Source: Spirochaetota bacterium
GTDB lineage: Bacteria > Spirochaetota > UBA4802 > UBA5550
Reading direction: 5' to 3'
Length of the DNA stretch: 64,000 nucleotides
NCBI GenBank assembly: GCA_050298055.1
Contig: JBNKTL010000009.1
Span: 53,037 to 117,036, forward strand
Of the stretch, positions 51,203 through 59,831 are shown one piece after another. The notes below the pieces were generated by a model. The model searched no databases, was not told the origin of the DNA, and saw nothing but the letters and a program-made list of their open reading frames with translations. A program made the translations under genes and the position numbers. Numbering within the stretch: the stretch's first letter is position 1; the number at the start of each line of letters is the position of its first letter.

Positions 51203-52657
51203 TTATTTCCTGAAAAAATAATCTGAGTAGACAGTATATTTTTTCAGTATAGAGTTTCGGCATTTTTGAACTTCATCTTTCTTCAGGACAATTGTTTCAC
51301 TTCCGATAAAATCAAATCTTAAAAACTCTCCGTCAAAGCTTTCAACAAGTTTTTTCAGGTGTCTGAGGTCCCTGATTTCAATGGAATTCAGACTTTTGAG
51401 TATCAGGTTTTTCTTATACTGGTAACCGTTGTTACATGATGCAGGGAGAATTCTGTTAAGAATAACATAACGTTTTCTTCCGTTATCAGACTTCATAAGG
51501 TTTGTGTCGTAGTAGTAAAGGAGGCGGATATCAGCCTTTTTCTCCCAATCTCCGCCCCATGTTGTCATCAAACCGTATGTGAGCTCCTGGAAGAGAAGAC
51601 CGCCGTAAATATAGTAATTTGGCTGTTTATCAAAACTTGTCTGGGGGATTATAAACTTTTCCTCTTTAACCGGTTTCAGTTTAAAACGGACTTTTTTCTT
51701 TTTCTTTTTCCGGAGAACAGTCAGGATAATTCTGTCTCCCACAAACCTGTTGTTCTGTATAATTCCGTAAAAATTAAGCCGGCCGTAACGAAGTGAATTG
51801 AACATTCCGTTGTCATCAATATTTATCCCATCAATGGAAAGAATAACATCCCCCTTTTTTATGACAGAGCTGCCGCTGCTGCTGGGGGCAATATCGGTTA
51901 CATATATTCCCGAGTCATTTTTTCCCATTCCCAGGTATTCTCTCAGGTTTGAATCGTTTTTAATGGCTGTATAATCGATCCAGAAAAAAGGCACTCCGTC
52001 ATACTTGCCGTCATCCAGATCGCGGATCATCCGCCTGATAGTATCGGCGGATATCACATAGACAATTCCCTGCTTGGTATCGAGTCCTGTAATGATTCCT
52101 GCCAGTTTGCCGTCAATGAAAACAGGCTCACCGCTTCCCCCGCTGCTCATGTTGGTTGACATGGTGTGCATGAGTACCGCGCTGTTTGGTTTATAGATCC
52201 TGATTGATGATTTTATGGTTTCGGCGTTATATTCTCTCTCTGCACCTAAACCGTCCCATTTTTTTATAATTCCCTTCCTGCCCCTGACCCCGGTCTTGTC
52301 TGCCAGCTTTACCGGTTTTATCCCTTTGAAAAATTCCTTATTTTCCACTTTGATGATTGCCAGGCCGTTGTTGTAGTCCTTAACAAGGACCTTTGCCGGG
52401 TATTTTTTTTCACCTTCATACCGGCTAACCTCAATATTTACATGGTCTTTCAGGGAATATGATGATGTCAGTACCCAGTTTCCCCTGATAACTGTACCGG
52501 AAACGGTCTCTTTTTTGAAGTTCATTTTCTGCCACGGGTAATCCTGGTTGTACATCTGGGAAGTTACGATTATCCTTATGGAATTTGACAGCAACCGGTT
52601 CGGGAAAATTGCGGTTAACAGTGCTGCCAGAATATTGAGCAGGAGTATTCTTCTCAT
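51203..52657 (-). CDS. Deg/HtrA-like PDZ protein with degenerate catalytic triad
   Basis: Paralog of 52654..54180; LTSSYS replaces LTNAHV, NNGLA replaces ECDLA, GGSGEP replaces GNSGGP. Confidence 0.75.
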   Translation of the reverse strand: MRRILLLNILAALLTAIFPNRLLSNSIRIIVTSQMYNQDYPWQKMNFKKETVSGTVIRGNWVLTSSYSLKDHVNIEVSRYEGEKKYPAKVLVKDYNNGLAIIKVENKEFFKGIKPVKLADKTGVRGRKGIIKKWDGLGAEREYNAETIKSSIRIYKPNSAVLMHTMSTNMSSGGSGEPVFIDGKLAGIITGLDTKQGIVYVISADTIRRMIRDLDDGKYDGVPFFWIDYTAIKNDSNLREYLGMGKNDSGIYVTDIAPSSSGSSVIKKGDVILSIDGINIDDNGMFNSLRYGRLNFYGIIQNNRFVGDRIILTVLRKKKKKKVRFKLKPVKEEKFIIPQTSFDKQPNYYIYGGLLFQELTYGLMTTWGGDWEKKADIRLLYYYDTNLMKSDNGRKRYVILNRILPASCNNGYQYKKNLILKSLNSIEIRDLRHLKKLVESFDGEFLRFDFIGSETIVLKKDEVQKCRNSILKKYTVYSDYFFRK

Positions 52658-54180
52658 TTCACTGACCTTGATTCTAAAAAGCTTTTGAGGTGAGGAATGT
52701 TGTACTTTTTCATTATTCTTTTATCGGCCTCATCAACATCTTTCGCTTTAATGAGCAGGGGGCTGTATATGCCGTCAATTTTAATGATATGATAATCTCC
52801 AACCGGTTTTTTAAATGCACGGACTACATCAATGAGAGAATGTATGGGCCTGTTGTTTATTTCCGAAACAACCACGTCCTTAATATCTGAGATATAGGTA
52901 TTGACCCTGTCGGGAAGAACATTGTTAATAACAATGAATTCTTGTCTTTCCGGAAGGAGACGGTCCCTCATATGATAAAAGTAGTAGTAGCGCATTCTTT
53001 TGCCTGCGTTAAGCCACCACTTATTCCATGTTTTCATATATTCCCGTGAAAGGGGTTGAAAAACAATTCCCGCGAAGATAAAATACTCGGGCTGTGTTTC
53101 ATATTCGTTATACCATTTAATCCGTTCGGGAAAGATTGAAACAGGGAAGGTGATATCCAGGTTTCTTTTTTTTCTTATAATGCTTATTTTAACCTTTTCA
53201 CCGGGTTGTTTCATATCAATGACAAATGAATATCTGAGACGGCCGAAAAGGGTAGAGATGCTCTCATCATTTGCCACCGGTATGCCATCCACAGCTGTGA
53301 TAATATCCCCCCTTTCAAGATGCCCGAAGGCGCTGCTTTTCTCAACAACATCCGTAACAAGGATCCCCGTCTGCTCCTTTGACATCCCCAGATATTCCCT
53401 GTGGCTCCTGCTTTGCAGATTCACGGTAAAAACCCCGAGTTCGGGAAACCCGTTGTAAACACCATCCTGTACATCCACAAGAAAATGTTGAATAACCGGT
53501 ACAGGTATCATATAGCCGATATTGTCTGAATTTGTGTTTACCTGGAAGGCGATTCCCACGATCTTTCCCTCCTGGACCACCGGTCCGCCACTGTTCCCGG
53601 AGTTCAGGGCCGCATCGGTCTGAATTCTCAGGAGCTGAGACTTGGCGCTGTGGGAATAAAATCCTATCTCAATTCTGGATACAATCCCTTCGGTTATGGA
53701 TATCCGCTGACCGCCCTTGGGATATCCATAGGTTGTGACTTTACTTCTGGGCCGCGGGATACCTCCGAATTCCAGAGATGTTGTTTCCCTGAAGAAACTG
53801 CTCTCCTTTACTTTTAAAATGGCGAGGTCACATTCATGCCCAATCTGAATGACCCCGGCCTCATAAATACCCGGATCATTCTCTTTTTTTATAATGATAT
53901 AAGTTGCATTGGATACAACATGTGCATTTGTGAGGATGTAGCTGTTTCCAATGATTACACCGGAACCGGACCTGGTCCCTTCCGATGAGGTCTTCCAGGG
54001 GCTTGAGTAGCTGTAATCTATATAATGAGTGATTATCTTGACCACAGCCCGGTCGGCTGAAGTTTCAATTTTGTTTTCATCAGCTGAAAGGGGCAGTGCA
54101 ATAAAAAGTATGAAAACAGCGAGCCGTTTTATTATTTGTAAGCTGTACCCGCCATGAAGTCCGATTAACTGTTTTTGCAT
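52654..54180 (-). CDS. Deg/HtrA-family serine protease with PDZ domains (Deg2/Deg9-like)
   Basis: ILTNAHVV, HECDLA, GYPKGG, DAALNSGNSGGP; start uncertain. Confidence 0.9.
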   Translation of the reverse strand: MQKQLIGLHGGYSLQIIKRLAVFILFIALPLSADENKIETSADRAVVKIITHYIDYSYSSPWKTSSEGTRSGSGVIIGNSYILTNAHVVSNATYIIIKKENDPGIYEAGVIQIGHECDLAILKVKESSFFRETTSLEFGGIPRPRSKVTTYGYPKGGQRISITEGIVSRIEIGFYSHSAKSQLLRIQTDAALNSGNSGGPVVQEGKIVGIAFQVNTNSDNIGYMIPVPVIQHFLVDVQDGVYNGFPELGVFTVNLQSRSHREYLGMSKEQTGILVTDVVEKSSAFGHLERGDIITAVDGIPVANDESISTLFGRLRYSFVIDMKQPGEKVKISIIRKKRNLDITFPVSIFPERIKWYNEYETQPEYFIFAGIVFQPLSREYMKTWNKWWLNAGKRMRYYYFYHMRDRLLPERQEFIVINNVLPDRVNTYISDIKDVVVSEINNRPIHSLIDVVRAFKKPVGDYHIIKIDGIYSPLLIKAKDVDEADKRIMKKYNIPHLKSFLESRSVK

Positions 54181-54245
54181 AATTTCTAATATCAAGAGAT
54201 GATTAATACAATTAATCTGTAGTGAGAATCCTGTCAATCATTCAT

Positions 54246-54779
54246 TCAGATATTCATCATTTTCTGTCTCATGTTTGCAGCCATATTTTCTATATAGTGA
54301 AAATCCTTAATATCATCCACATGAAGGTAGACAGCCAGTTTGTTTTTGACCAGTACAATGACCCTGTCTTTGTTGTATTCGGCAAATGAGGATATCTTTT
54401 TTATCTCTTCCTGGGCTGAACTTGAATCTTTATAGATTATGATATAGCAGACAATGTCGTCACCATAGGGGGTATTTTTTTTAGACATTATTGTCATATG
54501 CATTCCCTGGACCCTGTTGTAGTCTCCCCCGGGGTATATTCGGGCTGTGAGTTTTTTTATGGCATGTCTGTCCATCATCCATGGATTGTTTTTCAGGACC
54601 CTCCTGGCAAAGCCGGGTACCTTCCCGAACATAAATCCGGAGGGGAGGTCTTTTCCTGACAGCCTGATCCTGTTTACCAGATCACTGCTTTTTCCTGTTC
54701 CGGCATCCAGAGAAATGAATCCCATTGTGAAAACCAGTGCTGTTATGAGAATTATTTTCCTGCTCATTTTTTTCTCCAT
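54246..54779 (-). CDS. Secreted hypothetical protein
   Basis: Signal peptide; co-oriented upstream of the protease pair. Confidence 0.6.
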   Translation of the reverse strand: MEKKMSRKIILITALVFTMGFISLDAGTGKSSDLVNRIRLSGKDLPSGFMFGKVPGFARRVLKNNPWMMDRHAIKKLTARIYPGGDYNRVQGMHMTIMSKKNTPYGDDIVCYIIIYKDSSSAQEEIKKISSFAEYNKDRVIVLVKNKLAVYLHVDDIKDFHYIENMAANMRQKMMNI

Positions 54780-55069
54780 TATATTATTATCAGGGTTTTG
54801 CAGATCAGTATCTGAATTCCTGTTACGATTATCGGTCTGAATATTAAGAGTTATTATTTTTTTTTAGAGACATAATTATTTTTATTGACTTATAATTTAA
54901 TATGGTCCATATTGGGATTACATCAGGTCGGAGATTATGTCTCATTAGACCTGATTCTTCATTTTAAAAAAGATAATTAGTTGCACGCAAACTTGATCGG
55001 TAGTTCAGGATGAACGTTCTGTGCATGATTACTTTTATACTTTTTTTTTGATTTTTTTGGAGCCCCGCG

Positions 55070-57139
55070 ATGAACAGCAATATAAATATTATGAATATTC
55101 GAAAAAGGGATGGAAGCATTGTCACTTTTGACGGTGAGAAGATTACGGATGCCATTTTTAATGCTGCCAAGGCTGTGGGGGGCAGCAACAGGAAGACTGC
55201 CGAGGATGTTACTGATTCCGTTGTGGGAATTCTCAATGTCATCTATAAGGGTGGGAGGATACCAACAGTTGAGAATGTACAGGACCTGGTTGAAAAAATC
55301 CTCATTGAGAGAGGACATGCCAAGGTTGCCAAAGCCTATATTATCTACAGGGAGCAGCACAGGAAGATAAGGGATGTCCAGAGTCTTATGGATGAGGGGA
55401 TCAGCCTCATCGAAAGCTACCTGGAGAAGGCTGACTGGAGAATAAAGGAAAACAGCAACATGAGTTTCTCACTCCAGGGGCTCAATAACCACATTGCTTC
55501 GAATATTACCGCCCGCTACTGGCTTGAGAGGATATATCCCCCTGAAATTATGGAAGCGCATGTCCAGGGAGACATGCATATACACGACCTGGGACTCCTT
55601 TCCGCATACTGTGTTGGATGGGACCTTAAAGATCTCCTTATAAAGGGATTTGGCGGTGTCACCGGTAAGGTTGAGAGCGGCCCGGCCAGACATTTTGGCA
55701 GTGCCCTGGGACAGGTGGTCAATTTTTTCTATACGCTGCAGGGAGAGTCTGCAGGGGCGCAGGCCTTTGCAAATTTTGATACGTACCTGGCTCCCTTTAT
55801 CCGCTATGATAAACTCTCCTATGAGCAGGTTAAACAGTCGTTACAGGAATTTGTATTCAATATGAATATACCCACCCGTGTGGGTTTTCAGACACCCTTT
55901 ACGAATGTTACCCTTGACCTGAATGTTCCCTCCACAATTGCCAATGAACATGTGATTATCGGCGGGGTCCCTCAGGCTGAGACATATGCAGACTTTCAGG
56001 ATGAGATGGATATGTTCAATTCCGCCTTTGCCCAGTGTTTTTGCGAGGGCGATTACAAGAACAGAATATTCACTTTCCCCATTCCCACATACAATGTCAC
56101 AAGGAATTTTGACTGGGACAGCAGCAGGCTGGATAATGTATGGGATATGACCGCCCGTTACGGAATTCCCTACTTTGCCAACTTTATTAATTCCGATCTG
56201 GATCCTGAAGACGCGCGGTCCATGTGCTGCCGGTTGAGACTTGATAACAGGGAACTCCGAAAAAGGGGAGGAGGGCTTTTTGGAGCCAACCCTCTCACGG
56301 GGAGTATCGGTGTGGTTACCATCAACCTTCCCCGGCTTGCGTACAGGTCAAAAAACGAGAAGGAGTTCTATAACGGGCTTGAGAGGCTTATGCTCCTTGC
56401 CAAGACATCACTTGAGATAAAGAGGAAGGTTCTTGAAAATTTCACGGAAAAGGACCTCTATCCCTATACAAAGCATTATCTTTCGGACATCTACATGAGG
56501 GACGAAAAGTACTGGAGTAATCATTTCTCCACAATCGGGCTCATTGGTCTGAACGAAGCCTCGCTGAACCTCCTTAATACGGATATCTCTTCCATTGAAG
56601 GAAAGGAATTCGCGAAGAATGTGCTGAATTTCATGAGAGAAGGGATTATGATATTTCAGAACGAGACTGAGAATTTATACAACCTTGAGGCAACACCTGC
56701 GGAGGGTGTGAGCTACAGGTTTGCCAAGAATGACAGGGATACATATCCCGATATTATCACCGCGGGCAGCGGGGACCCTTACTATACAAATTCGGTCCAC
56801 CTTCCCGTTGAGCATACGGATGATATGTTTGATGTTCTGGACCACCAGGATGAGCTGCAGACAAAATTTACCGGGGGGACAGTTGTACACCTCTTCCTGG
56901 GAGAAAAAATTGAGGACATTGGTGTTGTTAAGAAGCTGGTAAAGAAGGTAGCTGAAAACTATTCTCTTCCCTATTTTACGCTGACTCCAACATTCAGCAT
57001 TTGCCCCATACACGGGTATATACCCGGTTCACATAGTTACTGCCCTCATGATCACTCTGAAGAAGAATTAAACAAATACGGTATTGAAGTCGATACTTCA
57101 AGTGAGAAGGCAGGTGGAAAGGTCAGGATAAAACTTTAA
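55070..57139 (+). CDS. nrdD: Class III ribonucleotide reductase large chain with ATP cone, lacking the glycyl-radical loop
   Basis: ATP cone (IRKRDGSIVTFD), HIHDL..AYC, RSMCCRL, EATPAEG, TPTFSICPIHGY..YCPH; no RVxGY motif. Confidence 0.93.
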   Translation: MNSNINIMNIRKRDGSIVTFDGEKITDAIFNAAKAVGGSNRKTAEDVTDSVVGILNVIYKGGRIPTVENVQDLVEKILIERGHAKVAKAYIIYREQHRKIRDVQSLMDEGISLIESYLEKADWRIKENSNMSFSLQGLNNHIASNITARYWLERIYPPEIMEAHVQGDMHIHDLGLLSAYCVGWDLKDLLIKGFGGVTGKVESGPARHFGSALGQVVNFFYTLQGESAGAQAFANFDTYLAPFIRYDKLSYEQVKQSLQEFVFNMNIPTRVGFQTPFTNVTLDLNVPSTIANEHVIIGGVPQAETYADFQDEMDMFNSAFAQCFCEGDYKNRIFTFPIPTYNVTRNFDWDSSRLDNVWDMTARYGIPYFANFINSDLDPEDARSMCCRLRLDNRELRKRGGGLFGANPLTGSIGVVTINLPRLAYRSKNEKEFYNGLERLMLLAKTSLEIKRKVLENFTEKDLYPYTKHYLSDIYMRDEKYWSNHFSTIGLIGLNEASLNLLNTDISSIEGKEFAKNVLNFMREGIMIFQNETENLYNLEATPAEGVSYRFAKNDRDTYPDIITAGSGDPYYTNSVHLPVEHTDDMFDVLDHQDELQTKFTGGTVVHLFLGEKIEDIGVVKKLVKKVAENYSLPYFTLTPTFSICPIHGYIPGSHSYCPHDHSEEELNKYGIEVDTSSEKAGGKVRIKL

Positions 57140-57252
57140 AACAGGCTGGCCTTAATGGAATGATGGAAGCCGGGAGAATTTTGATCTGGCATGTTCATTA
57201 AAATCAGTAAAATTACGGGACTTCCCACAATAAACAAAAAGAGGTAAGTATT

Positions 57253-57426
57253 ATGAGTAAAAAAGAAGTAAAAGTTCCTGTTGAAGTCTATTCACGAGTT
57301 GTTGGATACTTCAGACCTGTCAACCAGTGGAATAAGGGAAAACAGGAGGAATTTCTCAATAGAAAAGAGTATAAAGTAAATATTCTGGATGATTCTCCTG
57401 TTTATGAATGTCAGGGGAATCTATAA
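57253..57426 (+). CDS. Stand-alone NrdD glycyl-radical domain (57 aa; not in ORF track)
   Basis: GAGGT RBS; MSKKEVKVPVEVYSRVVGYFRPVNQWNKGKQEEFLNRKEY..; overlaps the nrdG start. Confidence 0.9.
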   Translation: MSKKEVKVPVEVYSRVVGYFRPVNQWNKGKQEEFLNRKEYKVNILDDSPVYECQGNL

Positions 57427-58102
57427 AACTTCATTAATTGATTTTCCCGGCAGAATTTCTACGGTCCTGTTCCTGGGAGGATGTAATCTCAGGTGCAGGT
57501 ACTGCTACAATTTTGATATCGCCCTTAACAGTGATAAGCTCCCCGCCTACGATTGGAATGAAATACTTGAATTTCTGAAAAAAAGGAGCGGTGTAGTTGA
57601 CGGTATCACCATTAGCGGGGGTGAGCCTACAATAAACCATGAGCTCTTCTCCCTGGCAAGTGAACTCAGAAAACTTTCCCTGGACATTAAAATAGATACA
57701 AACGGATTGAGGCCGGATATTGTTCTCAAACTGATTGAAAACGGTCTTGTGGATTATTTTGCCGTAGATATAAAAACATCTCCCGGTAAGTTCAGGGAGC
57801 TGACCCGCACTGATCTGGATTTTGGCAGAATAGCAGAGACCCTGGACTATATCAGGGAGCATGGTGTGGACTATGAGGTAAGATCAACCTGTATCCCTGA
57901 ATTCCTGGACAGGGATGACCTGGCTCAGATAAGGGACTGCACAGGGAGGGTAAAACGCTACTACCTGCAGCAATTCGTGAGCAATGTTGAACTCATGGAC
58001 AAAACCATGGAGAACAGTAAAACCTACACCGTAAAGGAGCTGGAAGAACTCAGGATTTTTGTTGAGAGCTTTGCCGATGTGTGCGAAATACGGGGGATTT
58101 AG
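57404..58102 (+). CDS. nrdG: Anaerobic RNR activating radical-SAM enzyme
   Basis: TSLIDFPG, GCNLRCRYCYN, SGGEPT, DTNG, VDIK. Confidence 0.93.
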   Translation: MNVRGIYKTSLIDFPGRISTVLFLGGCNLRCRYCYNFDIALNSDKLPAYDWNEILEFLKKRSGVVDGITISGGEPTINHELFSLASELRKLSLDIKIDTNGLRPDIVLKLIENGLVDYFAVDIKTSPGKFRELTRTDLDFGRIAETLDYIREHGVDYEVRSTCIPEFLDRDDLAQIRDCTGRVKRYYLQQFVSNVELMDKTMENSKTYTVKELEELRIFVESFADVCEIRGI

Positions 58103-58273
58103 AATAGCTTGATTTCCTGCATATTAACTTCATTTATTCATATTGACCGATAATTAACCTGTTTTTTTCCACTTTTTTCTGAAAAAAATTAATAAAGTCC
58201 TTGATCTCCTTTTTTAATTCTTTATAATTCATAATATAAATGGACAAATAAATATTTTTGTTTATTTCGTAGA

Positions 58274-58525
58274 GTGAATATATTAACCATGATTTACGAC
58301 CTGAATGAAAGTGAAGAAATCTATGGACCGCCGGAACAGGAATTAAAACCTGTTGAAGATGAAGGGATCCTTGAAGATTCCCATGAGACAGGTGCTGCCT
58401 TCGAAGTTATCTGCATTTGTGAGGAATGCAACAACAGGTGGGACGATCTGGTTGTTGAAAATGTCAGCAATGAAGAACGGATATTCTGCCCCCTGTGCGG
58501 CTCGCAAAACGTCCTGGAAATTTAA
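58274..58525 (+). CDS. Small acidic zinc-ribbon protein
   Basis: CEEC ... CPLCGS. Confidence 0.65.
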   Translation: MNILTMIYDLNESEEIYGPPEQELKPVEDEGILEDSHETGAAFEVICICEECNNRWDDLVVENVSNEERIFCPLCGSQNVLEI

Positions 58526-58655
58526 TTTCTCTGCATTGTAAATAACAACAGTTTTCAGGTTTTACTGTCTGGCAAAAAACTCATACAGAATCGTTTACTG
58601 TTGAGAGTTGTATCGGGTTATATATTTAATTTTTATAAGGAGGTATTTTCAAGTT

Positions 58656-58907
58656 TTGACAAAACCAATACAGGTTGAAATCTATGACGGAAACATAGAA
58701 AAGGCATTAAGAGACTTAAAAAAGAAGATGGCTTTTGAGGGTGTCTATAAGGAGATTAAAAGACGAAGGTTTTATGAAAAACCCAGTGTGGAAAAAAAAC
58801 GTAAGCGTGAAGAAGCTATGCGAAGACTGAAGAAAAGGGAAAGGCGTATACAGTCCCGGTTTAAAAGCAGAAGACCGAGTGCGGGCGGAAACGGCAACAA
58901 AAGATGA
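58656..58907 (+). CDS. rpsU: 30S ribosomal protein S21
   Basis: NIEKALRDLKKK..EIKRRRFYEKPS; TTG start after AGGAGG. Confidence 0.92.
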   Translation: MTKPIQVEIYDGNIEKALRDLKKKMAFEGVYKEIKRRRFYEKPSVEKKRKREEAMRRLKKRERRIQSRFKSRRPSAGGNGNKR

Positions 58908-59710
58908 TAATAGAAACAATAAAGTCGAAAAATATGGTGAGGCTGGCGCTGGTCCAGTCTCACTATGACCCGCTGGATATTAAGAGCATTAAAAAATATA
59001 TAACATGGGCTGAAAATGCGGATATCATTTGCTTCCCTGAAGCCTTTTCAGCGGGACGTTCAATCGAACAAACTTCCAGTTATATCAAAAATCTTTTAAA
59101 TAAAAAAGATAATATCCTTCGGGATATCGGCAAACTTACCAATACATGCATTATTCTTCCTCTGGTGGAACAGGCTAATGACGGCAGGCTGTTCAATACA
59201 TCTTTTGTCATCAACAATTCTGAGGTTGTAGGCGCTTACCGGAAAATTCATGTTTTTCCCTGGGGGGAGTTCTTTTTCGATTGCGGGGATGATCACTTTG
59301 TCTTTGAGTATGAAAAGTGTAAAGTCGGATTGATGATTTGTTACGATGCGGCTTTCCCGGAAACATCCCGTATGCTGGCACTTAAAGGCGCGGAGCTGAT
59401 AATTGTCTCCGCAAGCTGGCCTGAGAAGGCCGCTTATCTCTGGGACAAGAGGCTGATTGCTCGTGCCCTGGACAACCAGGTATTTGTAGCCGGTGTTAAT
59501 CGCTGCGGATATGTGGAGGAGGAATACTTTATGGGTCAGAGCCTTGTTGTTGATCCCCGGGGAGAAATACTGGGCCGGTGCGGGAACGCGGAGCAGATAC
59601 TGGTTGTTGACATTGACCTTGACCAGATAAAGAAGGAGAGAGAGAGGGAACCGGTGTGGTATACCTTTGATAAAACACTCTATGAGCAGAATGGTACGGG
59701 TAAAAAATAA
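58904..59710 (+). CDS. Carbon-nitrogen hydrolase (nitrilase superfamily)
   Basis: FPE, YRKIH, ICYD triad; ARALDNQ. Confidence 0.9.
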   Translation: MIIETIKSKNMVRLALVQSHYDPLDIKSIKKYITWAENADIICFPEAFSAGRSIEQTSSYIKNLLNKKDNILRDIGKLTNTCIILPLVEQANDGRLFNTSFVINNSEVVGAYRKIHVFPWGEFFFDCGDDHFVFEYEKCKVGLMICYDAAFPETSRMLALKGAELIIVSASWPEKAAYLWDKRLIARALDNQVFVAGVNRCGYVEEEYFMGQSLVVDPRGEILGRCGNAEQILVVDIDLDQIKKEREREPVWYTFDKTLYEQNGTGKK

Positions 59711-59718
59711 CAGTGGTT

Positions 59719-59803
59719 AAAAACTGAATAAGACTTTTATTCCGAACATATATTGATATTATTAGCAAATATGCTGATTATAGCCATAAAGCTGAGTAAT
59801 TAC
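59719..59803. mobile_element. Truncated relic of the ~135-bp element (one arm and TIR; hairpin lost)
   Basis: ACATATATTGATATTATTAGCAAATATGCTGATTATAGCCATAAAGCTGAGTAATTAC aligns with the right arm of copy B. Confidence 0.65.
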
Positions 59804-59831
59804 TATAAAAAAGAAAAACGGAGGTATTAAG

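Noticed and set aside
57100..57260. Stop readthrough or programmed frameshift joining NrdD to its radical domain
   Set aside because: 113-nt gap, different frame, and an independent RBS and ATG
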